Part shown: in pieces, positions 11,030 through 25,487 of the stretch
Layout: every line of letters begins with the position of its first letter
Position numbering within the stretch: the first letter of the stretch is position 1
Origin: Mayamaea pseudoterrestris
Taxonomy: Eukaryota
Reading direction: 5' to 3'
Length of the DNA stretch: 64,000 nucleotides
Assembly (NCBI GenBank): GCA_027923505.1
Contig: BROI01000002.1
Span: 248,001-312,000, forward strand
Position numbers and translations under genes: made by a program
The notes under the pieces: model-generated
Seen by the model: only the letters and a program-made list of their open reading frames with translations
Told to the model about the DNA's origin: nothing
Database searches by the model: none

Positions 11030-11645
11030 TGGCCCAGCTGAGTTTGGCCATGTCTGCTATTGGCTAGCTTTTCTTGCTGTGCTAAACCATACCTAGCTGT
11101 GGCAGCCTGCCTTTTCGAACAATGCTTGGCATTCATTAACTGAAGCTGGCATTGTCTGATAGTAAGGCATGGCATAAATTATCTGTAGCTGCGCCTATGG
11201 CCATGCTTTTTTTTGAATAACTTAAGATTGGTCGTTAGTCATGCCTTTTCATATAATGCTTTGCTGCCTGGCCATGCCTGCTGTGCCCAGTCATGTCTGG
11301 AAAGCCAAACCTTGATAACTTTGCCAGGTTTGGATGAGCCCGGCCATGTCTGGTTAGGACTGATTTAACCGTGCTGTGCCTGGCTACTTTTTCGGGCCAC
11401 GCCTTGTGGTCTTTGATCATGCCTTACAAAAACATACTGTGCTGCCTGGCCATGGCTACTGCGCCCAGTCTTGTCTGTCACATCAAACCTTGCCAAATCT
11501 GCTTTTGTCTTTCTCTGCCTTTTGGTATTTAGCTGTTTGGTCACAGGTAGTTGTGCCGGGCTGAGTTGGTTGTAGCTGGTATTGCCTGGCAATGTCTTAA
11601 CTATTTCTGTAGCTGCGCCGAGCTCTGCCCAGCCAAGACAGTCCG
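11030..11645. repeat. Highly degenerate repeat tract (~180-bp periodicity)
   Basis: TGCCTGGCCATG..CTG(T/C)GCCCAGTC(A/T)TGTCTG..AAACCTTG at ~11265 and ~11443, plus many GGCCATG motifs. Confidence 0.5.
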
Positions 11646-11664
11646 TGCTCATTTATATATACTG

Positions 11665-12630
11665 GTTCGTTATTTCGAAAGTGGCCTCCAGAGGATTGGG
11701 GTTGTCGCTGGGATACGTACCCCCGACAGTGGTTCCTCCCCTCCTAAGCAGTGACACTAGTTATGTTAAGCAAAAGTTACTTTTCTACACCTTGGCTGCT
11801 CCAACCACCGCTGTGCGAGGGAATCTGGCTGCGTTGCGACGACGTTGGAGAACCTCCGTATTCAGCATCAGGCCGGCATCTTCCAATGCCTCTGAAATTG
11901 CTGGGTATCTTATCGATCCTCCCTGTGGAGGAATGGGGCAGGCGGCCCGAAAGCCGGCATGCAATCCGGTGATGGAAGCCTTGCAACATCTTCAGCATAG
12001 GAAAATTCATGTTCCACGATTCACTGCCGCACAAAAGTACTGATTGAACCACTGCTTGGTAAAACATTTCAGACACTCGGGGGCTGGCTTGCACGCGGGA
12101 GATCATTGCCCAGCGCTGATCGCCTTTTGTACATTCTTGTAAATGGCCGGCCAACCATTATCGTAACACGAAGGGGATGCCGTTGGCTGTTAAGACCACT
12201 TCACTAGCCAATCGTGCATCCTCCTGAGCATTCCGCTGCAGTTTGCGGTCAGTCCAGTTGCGGCAATGAGCCGTTCGTTGGTGACCATCATGGAGCGCTT
12301 CACGTGTCACAAACATATCGCACAACGCACACCGCAGCAGTGCAGTGCCTTCTTCCAGGATCATGACTTGGTCTCTGACATGTCGGTGATGAAGTGACGA
12401 CGTAGATTATTTCTAGTGGTAGCTCTCCCGGCACATCCATCAACTGAGCAGTTGACAGAGGCCACGTAGCTTGGAAAGCTAATGCGGTAATAGCAGGGGG
12501 TGGGGTAACGGCATCATCCAGATTACTGGTGCAAACTAGCCCATGCTGTTTCCGCGTGAGCATGCGGAGTGACCCGGCGGCGAAATCCTGGTCGCAAATG
12601 GAACAGCGAACGCGGCGGCGCTGCCGCTCA
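11665..12630 (-). mobile_element. 5'-truncated LINE fragment, copy B (frameshifted)
   Basis: Zn-finger-like segments RVRCSICDQDFAAGSL and ILEEG..RCALCDMFV..HQRTAHC, then QRWAMISRV..ASPRVSEMFYQAVVQSVLLCGSESWNM..LQGFHHR. Same 3' tail as copy A. Confidence 0.8.
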
Positions 12631-13100
12631 TTGGTAGTATATCTAATCTAGCTGTGCCTTGCGACACTTGACATATCAACTAAGAATACTGAGTATATGT
12701 TAACCTGCTTGGATGCCTTTTGAACGATATGCACTGATGTATACCTCGCTATACATTGCGTAGATGTTGTCATAACTATTCCCTCTGACCGCACATTTTG
12801 CCTGTGCGCAGGGAAAGTTTGACAGGTCGCAGGCACGAGAACATGCGCTTATTATGTAACTCGATTCATTTGATGTCTCTTTTCGCAAGCGCCATGTCCG
12901 CTTTCGCCAAAGCGTCGCCTAGTCTAGTCCTCCTGTATACCCAGCGACTGGACTCAAAACTGCCATTAAAATAAGCACTATGTATCTGGTACCTTGCATA
13001 AGATAAACCTATCATTATTTACTCTTTCCGTCGTTCCATCGCCTGCATTACATTCCGTCGTCGTCATTTCCACTGTCAATCCCAGCCACCAGTCGCCATT

Positions 13101-14423
13101 CTACAGTGACGGAAACGCGCTAGCATCGTTCACATCAACCCTTCCACCACCACTTGCTCCGCCACGTCCAGATCCTCCTCGTCCACTAAAGTTTCCTCGT
13201 CCACCGCCGCCCTCACGACCAAATCCTCCACGGCCTCGTCCACCGCCATCCCGTTGGCCACCTCGTCCACCAAAGTCGCCACGTCCGCCCCGACCGCCAC
13301 CATCTCGTCCACGCCCGCGTCCTCCTCGACCACCACCGCGCTCACCGCCGCCACTATCCGAACTCGACGACTTGACGCGAATGTTAATATCCTTGGAAAT
13401 GTCAATGCGCCCTTCGTTTTGCTGCTTGGCCTTTGACTTCTTTTGCTTGCCACCGCCCATGACAAGAAAGTCTTCCTGGACGCTAGTCTTTGGTTGCAAG
13501 TTTTTAAACTCATTGGGAACATCCTTGCGCTCCTTGACGGGTGCTAGTAGCGAGGATGTTTGCTGCGTTGATTTTTTCTGCTCCAGGTACTCCTCGTAGG
13601 TGAGTGTTGCCACTGCTGGTTCCTGCGGCTCCTCGTCTTGCTCGAAATCAACGGCAGCTACCTCGTCGTCACCTGCATCGTTGGCAGTCGCTCCTTCCAC
13701 TTGCTCTCCATTGCTACTAGTCGCATTCACTTGGTCGCTATTGCTATTGTTTAAATGCTGCTTGGCTTCGTCCTGGTGACTGCCCCAATTGTGCGCGCCG
13801 CCTCCGTCCTTTTTGATTTCCCTTCCGCGACCGGTTCCCGACCGCCGGTCGTAGGCTCGCTTGCCGTCCCTCGTCGGCGCTCGACCGCCGCGACCAAACT
13901 TGGTGTTGCGGTCATTGTTGTTGTTCGGTTTGTTTCTGAGTTTAAAGTAAGAGGTGTAAAGTGGAAGGAAAAGAGAGAGTTGTGAGACAATATGCATTAT
14001 GCATATGCAAAGGCTCTTCTCCATTAAACTCTTTTTCCAGTGTAAATCATGTATCTCATTCTAACTCTTTTACAAATAGATGACCTCTCTTTCTCCCTCT
14101 GTATATACGTACTTGTCGTCAATCTTGGAAGGCTCAACGACAACCTTCTTGGCGTTGTTGTTGCTGGATGAAGGCTTCTTGACGTCAGTCATCGAGTCCT
14201 TCTTGGCAGCAGCAGCTTTAGGTGCCGGACCTTCGTCGCCCGAGTCGTCCAGGGCGGCGAAAAAGTTGGATGTCTGGTGGAAGGAGAATCGAAAGGTGAG
14301 TGAAGGAGTAAAGTCGCATGGCAAGCGAGAGGTGCAGCAGACGAAAGGATATCGCGTTTCGTTCACCCGCATCATCATCTACTCGCTTCTACTAAACTCC
14401 TTTCAATGATTCATACATACCAT
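13101..14423 (-). CDS. SERBP1/Stm1/HABP4-like RGG RNA-binding protein (3 exons)
   Basis: M|TSNFFAALDD, KRAYDRRSGTGRG, KKDGGGAHNWG, TLTYEEYL, RGG tract, C-terminal DASAFPSL. Introns 14274-14420 and 13936-14112. Confidence 0.9.
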
Positions 14424-14660
14424 GACTAGTCTTTCCTTCTCTAGTATCCCCTGTTAGTCGTCGTCTCTGGCGCAGCAACAACACGGATCCTTGTGTGAAA
14501 GTGACAAGCCTCGTTGATGGCATTCTGGTCGCAGCCGCACGATCCTGCCGCGCCGATGAGGCTCAGCACCCAATCTGGTTGCGATGCGACTTTATTGGAG
14601 AAATCCTCGTACCGGTACTGAGATGCATCGTAGCGGTAATTGACATTTCGTCAGCCGGCC

Positions 14661-15533
14661 ATGGAAGCAAGCGGCAGTCATGAAACACCAACCACCAGCA
14701 TGCCTTCATCCGCGACTCAAGAACCGCAGCAATCGTCTCACAATGTAGACACCAATAGACTGCCCATTGACTGGAACTCCGCCAAGGATTCTGTTTCTGG
14801 CCGTGAATATTTCGTCAATGCCAAGACGAAGGAAACGACCTGGACTCTTCCAACAGCTGCAAATGACGTCAAAGAAGCTGACATTGACCTTTCACAAGTT
14901 TCGCTCCACGATGATCGAAGGATGAACGATTCGACCATGCCTCCGCCGCCGTCTCGGAACACGACTGTAGCTGCCGCGCCTGCCAGTCATTCAGCACTCA
15001 CGTCATGCAGCAGCAACGTCGTCTCAGACAAGCCATCAACGTTAGCTCCTACAAGAAAAACAATAAATACTACCAAGACCAAGCCATCCACAAGTAACGT
15101 GACTGCTCCAGCTCCACCGCCTCGCAACAGGAGGCGCTTTGGCCTTGGCGATTGGACTTTGCTGTTGCAGTCGAGCAACGACTTGGCCATGCGAAAAGGC
15201 GCGCCCTTGCGGAAATTCAAGTGGAAGGAGATTCATCAACACTCCAGCAAGCATGATGGATGGGTCGTGATACGAAACAAGGTGTTCTTCATAAGTCCTT
15301 ACTTGGCATACCATCCGGGTGGGGAAGCCATTTTGTGTAAGTGCCTGGGCAAGGATGCAACAGCATTATATGACAAGTACCATCAGTGGGTCAATCTGGA
15401 GGCGCTCATTGGAAAGTTGCAGATTGGCTATTTGGATACGAGTAGTACTGATGACGATAGTGAAGATGATGGCGAACAAGAGGCTGGCTTGTCGCTGCCG
15501 GAACATTTGGCCTTGGCGAGAAGGATGTCGTAA
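14661..15533 (+). CDS. WW domain + cytochrome b5-like heme-binding domain protein
   Basis: LPIDWNSAKDSVSGREYFVNAKTKETTWTLP (WW); EIHQH..DGWVVIRNKVF..YLAYHPGG..GKDATALYDKYHQWVN (b5). Confidence 0.85.
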   Translation: MEASGSHETPTTSMPSSATQEPQQSSHNVDTNRLPIDWNSAKDSVSGREYFVNAKTKETTWTLPTAANDVKEADIDLSQVSLHDDRRMNDSTMPPPPSRNTTVAAAPASHSALTSCSSNVVSDKPSTLAPTRKTINTTKTKPSTSNVTAPAPPPRNRRRFGLGDWTLLLQSSNDLAMRKGAPLRKFKWKEIHQHSSKHDGWVVIRNKVFFISPYLAYHPGGEAILCKCLGKDATALYDKYHQWVNLEALIGKLQIGYLDTSSTDDDSEDDGEQEAGLSLPEHLALARRMS

Positions 15534-15566
15534 CGCTCGCAAACAAGTCAACATTAATAACAAAGT

Positions 15567-16520
15567 CTACTTGCTACTTTGGTTTTGTACTTGTACATAA
15601 TAATGTATGACAGCAGCCAGCAAGGCGCCAGCAATTCCAATGATAATCAGCTTTAGACTCATTGGCGATGACGACGCCCCTTTCTTCGAAGCAGCCGATT
15701 CGCTGCGCAAAAAGTCTGGATCAATCTTGCGAATCGCTTGAACTGTATCCTGCTGCATCTTCTCTAGTCGTTCATTAGAAACTGGCTCTTGCTGCAGGAC
15801 TTGCTCCAGGTGCGTCCAAATGTTCCTCGACCATTCGTCAATCACTCGACTCTGAGCCGCTTGGCTCTTGCCACTGGCGTCAGCCTTGCCCAGTGGACCA
15901 ACGCGCTGGGCGCCAACACTTGTCAAGCCATGGTCAATAACTGTTGGGTCTGTGTTTGAAACAGATTGTAACGATTAGAAAGTAGTTCATTGTGAGAGCG
16001 TTGCCAGAGCAAATGGAATAGGATCGTCGCGCTTTCATCCACGAGCTGCAACCTGCTTGATTATTCCACTACGTCATTCCCAGTGATCGTCATTCCCAGT
16101 GATCGAATCATCATCAGACAGCTATCTCATTTACTTACTCTTGAAGAACGTTGTATACTTGGAGTCTCCAAGTCCGCAGAGCGCGTATTGGACGCCATCC
16201 AGCAGTTTTGTCTCTTGCTCATGCTTCTGCTCCAGCCAAGCGTCGCACAATTCGCGAAACCTCCAACTCCCAAGCGGCGCCTGCCCCACTCCATAGCTAC
16301 TCACGACTATAACAACTAGTCGCGTCCATTTACATTCCTGCAGTTCCAAAAAGTCATCGAGCTGCATGTGGATTGGTTCAATGCAGAACTTGCTCAGCTT
16401 TTCCACCGCATCATTGCACAAGTCCAAGGCAGCTTGCTCCGAGTTTCCAGTCTGGGAGCCATACAAAAAGTAGATGCGTTCAGAGCGTGGTGGAGTTGTT
16501 GTAGTAGAATTTGGTTTCAT
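15567..16520 (-). CDS. Stand-alone flavodoxin-like (CPR FMN-binding) domain protein with C-terminal TM anchor (spliced)
   Basis: FLYGSQTGNSE, VVSSYGVGQAP, YALCGLGDSKY. One intron at ~15950-16137; hydrophobic tail LIIIGIAGALLAAVI. Confidence 0.85.
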
Positions 16521-17168
16521 GCTTGAACGGGACAGGTTGTTAATGGAGCGGCAGAAACCTCGGAATAATCGTCAACGAGCGGCCAAGGTTTTGGCTGGAG
16601 CTTGCATGCAGAGTCCATGGCGCGACAATGACGCACGTCATGAATGGAGTATTCATGAAGAAACAATTGCTTGCGTGGCAAGGCAATAATGGAAGAAATT
16701 CACTGATGTTTAAGTGATCATGAATCGGAACTATATTGGTAAGGAATACGAAGGTTATTAGCAAGATAACGAGAATGGGAGCGTCATTATCCATAATTAG
16801 CAATAATGAAAACTAACGAGAAAATCGGGCTTGCCGACCGCTGCGAGACCGACGCGTTTTGCGCGTCGCCTCCATCAAGCGGAGGCTTTCTCCCTTTCCA
16901 TCGACCTGCATAGAGTCGGAAGAAGCAATCAGAAGGTCGCTCATCGCAAACCAAATCGTAACCTCATTGATGGTCCATGGCAATGAAGCTACTTGCACGA
17001 CTTTTGGTTGTGAGAGGCATTGACGATCCGATCGCCCAAACCCAATACCCAAAACCTTGCTTGGCTTGCGGCTGGGCTCATGACTGCTTGGCATGTTTCG
17101 GTCAATTCGTTGGACATGATTAGTCAAGATAAGAACAATCTCGGATGCTTACAAATGATCTTGCTTGA

Positions 17169-18551
17169 CTACGATTGTTTGCTTTCCTCCATATCATTAA
17201 TTGCACCACTAGCATCATTGGCTGATGCGGCAGCTTCCAGCTCGGAGATGCGCTGCATCTGATCGAGAAGATCTGGTCGGCCCTCGATAAACAATGGGTG
17301 CGAGTAACTTCCCTTGTTGCGTCCTGCAAGAGAAGGGTAAAGAAGAGTCAAGGTTGCTGTCAGTTGATTGGCGATGAGAACTGAGAACCCAAGGTTGATT
17401 CTTAAACGGCGAACCATTCATCATGACTACCCGACAATTTACAACGCACCAAATAACTTTCGCGTCCATCCGTACATGGACAATTGACGTTGAAAAGATG
17501 CGTAGTTGCTGTGTCTCTGTGATCGAATCGAACAGAGATGCTGTGAGTTTACAATACAAACTGATCAAGACTCACCACTTAACGCAAGCACCTGCAATGT
17601 ACTTACGAAGTACTTCGGAAACACTTGTTCTGTCAGTTCCCTTGGCGACGGCATGTTTATAGCAGTTCCGTCTTCAGTAAAGTGTATCAAGTGCTGCTGG
17701 CCGTCTAGTCTTGCCGTTTGAATCATGCGATACAACTTGCGTGGAAAGGTTTCGGTGCGGTAGCGACGTTTCTGGAATTGGGCACTGGACGAAGTGCTTG
17801 CTGCTGCTGATGCTGTCGGTGCTGCTGTCGGAGCTGCTGCGTTGACATTCATCGACATGGAATCTCGAGGACGTTTGTGTGCGGCTGGTGCAATGGGAAG
17901 GAAAGCCGTTGTACTGGCTGCTGCTCGACTGTCCAGCTTATTGTCGCTTATTGCTGGTGCCGAGTAATCTACCTGCAAATGATCGCCTGCTCTTTCTTGA
18001 TATTCATATCTCGAGCTGTTCATCTGTATGATTGGCCTGCTGCTATAGTCGCGTGCAGGACTGCGTGAATGTTGGCCAAATGACTCATTTACAAGCCGAA
18101 CGTTTTGCTGTTGCTCGAGCAACATTTGAGCGGCTAGTGACTGGCGCAACGAAAGAGGATGATATCCCTGCGATGAAGTGGCAAAGTCATTTTGCATTGA
18201 AGTGGCTTGCTGCCGGGCTGGAGGAGCTGCATAATTGAACGGCCGCTGATGCATTGGATAATTTCGCTGCACATCAATTGACGTTTGAGAGGCAGCTTTT
18301 GTATTCGCTAATCCACTATCGCTGCCCGCATACAAATGACTCGACTGGCGCAACATGTTGGAAAGATGTACTATTCGTTCATGTTTCTCTTGCTGAATCA
18401 ATTTTAATAATTCCGGCGAGTAATGAGGCGTTGCGTCAACCATTGCTTGCAGCTGCGCAAGCCGATTGGCAGCGGTGCCAGTTAGCTGCGGCGGCAAAAT
18501 GCCATTCCATTTGATGACTGTATAATCTCCCAAGGCATTGTTTTGCTCCAT
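17169..18551 (-). CDS. Heat-shock factor family transcription factor with C-terminal DNA-binding domain (spliced)
   Basis: ETFPRKLYRMI..IHFTEDG..VFPKYF | YASFQRQLSMYGW | SYSHPLFIEGRPDLLDQMQR; Q-rich N-terminus. Confidence 0.85.
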
Positions 18552-19313
18552 GACTAGTCATGCGAAGAAGTAAATGAGTTGTAAAAGAGCCAGAAGAGTG
18601 TTTGTTGGAAGAGTATATCAAGCATCGCCCAGGTTCCAGGACTTGGATGTGCTTGCGAGGCCATGTTAGTTTTTCAAGCGAGTCACGGGCAATGTTGATA
18701 GGGCAATAACAATGATGATTCAACGTGGCGAGAAAAGTGAATGCTGTTCCGTGGCATAGTTTACTTATAGGAATGCCGGCTGCTCGTTCGTGCATCAAGC
18801 GTATCTTTGGGTAATTTTTTGTTGTGTGACGTATCAAAGAGAAGTCCGCCTTTCCGATTTGAAGTTCGACGTCGATCAAATTTGCTTGAAGTTCAAGCTG
18901 GACAGCTTGCGCGACTACGAGGGCAGCGTTTAACTACAGGTAATGCATGTTTGACGCACACCACGAGAGAAAAGATTGACGAAGATTGGGAAGATTGCAC
19001 ATGTTGAGACTATGTTTATACATACATAGATGCACATGATGGGAGTAGGCTCGCTAAGCGATTCGATGAGCCGCTGAACAGCGACCTACAAGCTCTTGTA
19101 GTTGGAAATGAGAGATGAAAGCCACATTCGCCTTTACCGGTACGCGTAGCATAATAAATCAATGAATTTATAACTGTTTGTATTATTGTATTTAATTGGC
19201 TGCTTCCACGAATTAGCACCTTGTCACAGTCAATACGTAACACCTTTTCGAGTCGCTGCGCGTTTCATCAGAGATTTTCACCAGTCACACAAAATCGTCG
19301 CTGAATCTGCAAT

Positions 19314-21279
<1,966 letters not shown>

Positions 21280-21609
21280 GATTCTGTATGAATTAGTACT
21301 GTATGAGTTTGCTGCGCAGTTGTTAATGGATGCTGTCAACGATAGACTTGCGCAAGACGCAGCGCCATTGTGAACGATGCAGATCGACGCCCCTGGATAT
21401 CGCACTGGAGGTAGTTAGGGGTCGAGATAGGTATATGAGTACCGCTCCGATATATCATGATGTCGCATCATCGCCAACACTCGCCGACGAAACCATGCGG
21501 CGTCGCTCGTTTCTGCTGGTTTGGACGACAAGCGCCATGGCAAGCAGCATGCGTCAACACCAGCAATAGCAACAATACTTACAGCTATTGATCACGCTCA
21601 TTACACATA

Positions 21610-23436
21610 ATGGTTGCTGCTAGTCCGGAGTTGCGACGAACCTCCTACTCGAGGGAGGATCGCAACGTCAACCTTGGAGTCATTAACGTTCCAGTCAGAG
21701 CCAAGACGACCACCAGTAGCAGTCACAATAACAACAGCAACTCCAGACAACTATCCAGTTCGCAAACGAAACATGATAGAAGTCATGTTAACAGTAATAC
21801 TACAAGCAGCAACAAGAACAACAATCATCAAAGGTCGTCCTCCGTTTCACACGCACGATCGGGAGGCGAGGAATATCGAGATGGTCCGCCAACGTCCATA
21901 AATCGCAACAATAACGTTACAAAGACGAGTCACCATCCAAAACAGCCGCAGCATCACTCCAAATACGAACTCGACTGCGACTACGACAACAATCCAACCG
22001 TACTCTACGACTTGGTCGAGTCGTCCGCCTGGGACAAGGTGCGGCTCCGCTGCCGCACACATCCGGAGGAAGTACGCACCTGGATCATTCGGCGCAACCC
22101 CGACGGCACGCTGCGGTGGAGGTTGCTGCCGCTGCACGCGGCCATTATATTTCAGGCGCCCTCCACGGTGGTGTCGACATTGCTGGAGCGATATCCAGTG
22201 GCCGCCATGCGCAGGGATGACCATGGCATGCTGCCGCTGCATTTGGCGTTTCGACACAAGCAGGAGGATGAAGGCTTGTTGGAGCTGCTACTGTTGGAGC
22301 ATCCAAAGGCGGTGCATGAGGAGGATCGGCGTCACCGCATTCCACTGATGCATGGAAAAGAATCAATGTTTACGGCAAAGTTGATGAAGTTGTATGCCAA
22401 TGCGGCAATGTCAACGGTGAACAACAATAGTAGCAGTCCAAGCAAGCAACAACAACAAGATCATTACACGCAAGCCACGCCAACCACGGCTCCCAGCAGT
22501 CCCATGGCGAACGCCGGTAGCGTTTCACTGACGCATTTGCATCGCGTCGAAGCCGAGCACGAGGCGCAACTCGCCAAAGTCAAGGCGGATCATCACTACG
22601 AACTGGAGCAGCTCAAGAATTTGCATCAAGACGAATTGGCGAGCTTGAAGGAAGACATGAATCTGGCCGTGGGACAAGTCGAGCAGGATGCGACGAGGGA
22701 AAGAAGAATTATGCAGGAACGACATGCGGAAGAGGTAGATCGGTTGCGACTAGAGCTGGAGCAAGAGGTTGGTCAGCGTCAAGCCATGCAGGATGACTTG
22801 CAAAAGGAGATTCTACAGTTGCATGTTGCCGTAGAGGAAGCCAAGCACCAGGAGGAAAGTATGGCGGAAAAGTATGGCAAGCTTGTCACTGTCAATGTGC
22901 AAATGAAGGACTTTTTGCAGGACTTGGCCGACGAGCAAGTTGTCATGCAAGATCTAGCGCAGCGACAGCAAGACTACTTGGAGGCGGCTCGCATGATTCG
23001 AACCGAACTGGTGCAGACGTTGCTCAAGCAGGAGGATTCCGATGGAGCGAATGAAAGGTTAAAGGGAACGCAAATGATTGAGATTGGTGATCGGGTGCAG
23101 CGCAAAATCAAAGAGTTTGTCAAGCACAATGTAATTCACAATGATATTGGCGACGACTTGCGTGATGACCATATACATCAAGCCAGAACGGAGCGCAAGG
23201 GCCCTAGCCGGATTGAAATGGAACGAGAGGATCGCATCTACTCGACCCAGGAGGGAGCTACGGAAGTACAGGCGGCGACGCCACTCTTTGCCGACAGTCA
23301 AGAGCCTGACGAGAGCGTTCCGCGGAAAAATATACCTGGCGGCGGACCAGTGGATAGCTATTTTGAAGAGGAGGAGGGTGACTTGGAGATGCTTGCGGAC
23401 GAGGTTTCTGCTATAACAGAGAATTCTGGATATTAA
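21610..23436 (+). CDS. Ankyrin-like repeat + coiled-coil protein
   Basis: ECDYDNNPTVLY, WRLLPLHAA, GMLPLHLAF-type repeats, followed by a long E/Q/L heptad-rich region. Confidence 0.75.
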   Translation: MVAASPELRRTSYSREDRNVNLGVINVPVRAKTTTSSSHNNNSNSRQLSSSQTKHDRSHVNSNTTSSNKNNNHQRSSSVSHARSGGEEYRDGPPTSINRNNNVTKTSHHPKQPQHHSKYELDCDYDNNPTVLYDLVESSAWDKVRLRCRTHPEEVRTWIIRRNPDGTLRWRLLPLHAAIIFQAPSTVVSTLLERYPVAAMRRDDHGMLPLHLAFRHKQEDEGLLELLLLEHPKAVHEEDRRHRIPLMHGKESMFTAKLMKLYANAAMSTVNNNSSSPSKQQQQDHYTQATPTTAPSSPMANAGSVSLTHLHRVEAEHEAQLAKVKADHHYELEQLKNLHQDELASLKEDMNLAVGQVEQDATRERRIMQERHAEEVDRLRLELEQEVGQRQAMQDDLQKEILQLHVAVEEAKHQEESMAEKYGKLVTVNVQMKDFLQDLADEQVVMQDLAQRQQDYLEAARMIRTELVQTLLKQEDSDGANERLKGTQMIEIGDRVQRKIKEFVKHNVIHNDIGDDLRDDHIHQARTERKGPSRIEMEREDRIYSTQEGATEVQAATPLFADSQEPDESVPRKNIPGGGPVDSYFEEEEGDLEMLADEVSAITENSGY

Positions 23437-23542
23437 AGTAAATTTGGTCATTCGATGGTGTAATTGTTTGCATCGGCATTCCAGGCTGTCAACGTGGTTT
23501 ATGTAATGTAAAAGTAAATATAACAAGCCACTTACTCAATCT

Positions 23543-25229
23543 TCAGCGTTCTGGTATAACGTCGGGTCCATCAACGTCAATCTCGGCAAAGTCCATTTGG
23601 CCCGACCCGGCACTGACTTGACTCGATTCGTCGTCGTCCTCATAGCCACTGCCGTTCCTTCGCATCTCAGCCAATCGTTCCTCGTGCATCTTGGCCGTCT
23701 TTTCCAAAACCTCACGCTGGTGCTGCTTGTACTCTTGGGCCTTCTTCTTCAGTTCATTGTGAATTTCCAGTCGATAATCATGGATCCACCAAGTCAAGCC
23801 TGATCGGCGACGAAACAGCAACGCACAATGTTGAGTAAGTTGATGAGACGACAGCGTGCCCAGAACAGTCATAACACTCGCATATACCTTCAAACAAGAA
23901 TACTACTAGAAACCATGTAAAAAAGTAGGCATTTCCGCTGAGTGACGCTGCTCCACCCGGGGTCGTTGCCACAATGACCGTTGGTATCCACGCCACGCAC
24001 AGTGCCGCAAACACGATGCCTTCAATCAAGTTTTCCACCTTTGGCTTGAGCGAGCGTCCATCTGCCGTGACGTTTCGAAAGAGCTCCACCAGGCAAAAGG
24101 CGCAGGCTGGAAAGAAGGTAAAAATGGCAACCGTAATGAGCCACTCCCACTGACTCTTGGGAACGTTCTGAAATACAACTGTGACGAGAGGGCAATAAAT
24201 GAAGCGAACGAGTGAGTCGAGACGACATGCATGTGGGTGGCTGCTACTTTCTTTGACATGAACATAATACGTACGTTGGCTAGCGGGTGTGTCGGTCTGG
24301 TTGGCTTGTCCGGCATCGATAATGGGCGCTGGAGTGTGGTTCTGGAATCAAAAGCGAAATGATGAGACAATCTCAAAAAACCTTGCGAGAAAGCACTCAA
24401 TCACAAAAAACAACACTATACAAAACAACCAACATACCTTCCACAGATCCATGTACCATATAAATGTAAACAAGCTAAAGATGGAAATACAAATCCACGC
24501 CGGCGCCCGATAGGGCCACGACGCAATGAAGGACTGCAGACTACTCCAGCCCGCATCCATCAAATATTTTTCCAGTATCCAGTAGTAACTCACCAAGCAG
24601 CAGGCCCAAACACTATAGTAAATGGAGTACTGCTGCTTGCCGTCGCCGGCAATGCCTTGCACCGTCGTTTCCAAACCAACCGCCACGGACCACCACAGCA
24701 CCAAAAACACAATGAGTACTAACTCACATTTGCCGGGTGGTGTTCCAAAGAGCTTGCTCCAAACATGGCGCTGCATGAACGGCATTAGATCCAAATGACC
24801 ATACGTGACAATGGTCGAAAGTATCAAACTCAGCAGTGAGACTGCCATGCTGTAGCGGCGCTGGCGCGACGAGCAGGGAACGGCACCTCCGCCAATGGTT
24901 TGGTGGCACTTGCGGCCGGCGTTGTAGTGAATGGCCGAGGCGAGTGTCAGCGTCAAATAGCCCTTGAAGCGAGAGTTCTTGTAAAGCTTCATGCGACTGC
25001 GATTTGGAGTGGTTGTAGTAGTTTGAGCTAATCCGTCGGTTGCTGCTGCTGCATCGCCGACTCCTTCCGATGCAGCTGCTGCATCATTTTCTATCCTTTG
25101 GTTGTCGCCATTCGCTGTATCAGCTTGGCTCGTAGCTTGCGCCTCATTCGTCTTCGCCTCATCATCATTCTTGGTCCTTGCAGCAGCAGCGGGACCACTT
25201 GATGATACTGGCGATGCTACAGAAGGCAT
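23543..25229 (-). CDS. Multi-pass membrane protein of unknown function (spliced)
   Basis: Several hydrophobic segments in two repeated halves (T..GIA...IYYSVW; TTPGGAA..GNAYFFTW). GT-AG introns near 24180-24437 and 23802-23887. Confidence 0.65.
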
Positions 25230-25487
25230 TAGTCACTCCGTTACTACTTTTTAGTTTATTGCTTTGGTAAATATTTTTGCGTATGATTTTCTATCGATGG
25301 ATTGTGAAGCGTCCTCCATGGTAGAATTCTTCCGTCACGCCGATTCTGGGTACCGCAGCGACTTGTCGTAGCGGTACCGACGCTTTCCGACCATCCATGG
25401 AAGCCAAACCATACTCGATCCGTTTGCTTGCACAATCGGCGTTACTCTTTACGTCGCTCCTTGTTGTTAACATCCATTCATTCACTC

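Noticed and set aside
12994..13599. Pro/Arg-rich 201-aa ORF on the + strand
   Set aside because: Antisense shadow of the RGG tract of the SERBP1-like gene.
16540..17127. Small ORFs between the flavodoxin and HSF genes
   Set aside because: No motif support; probably intergenic or UTR.
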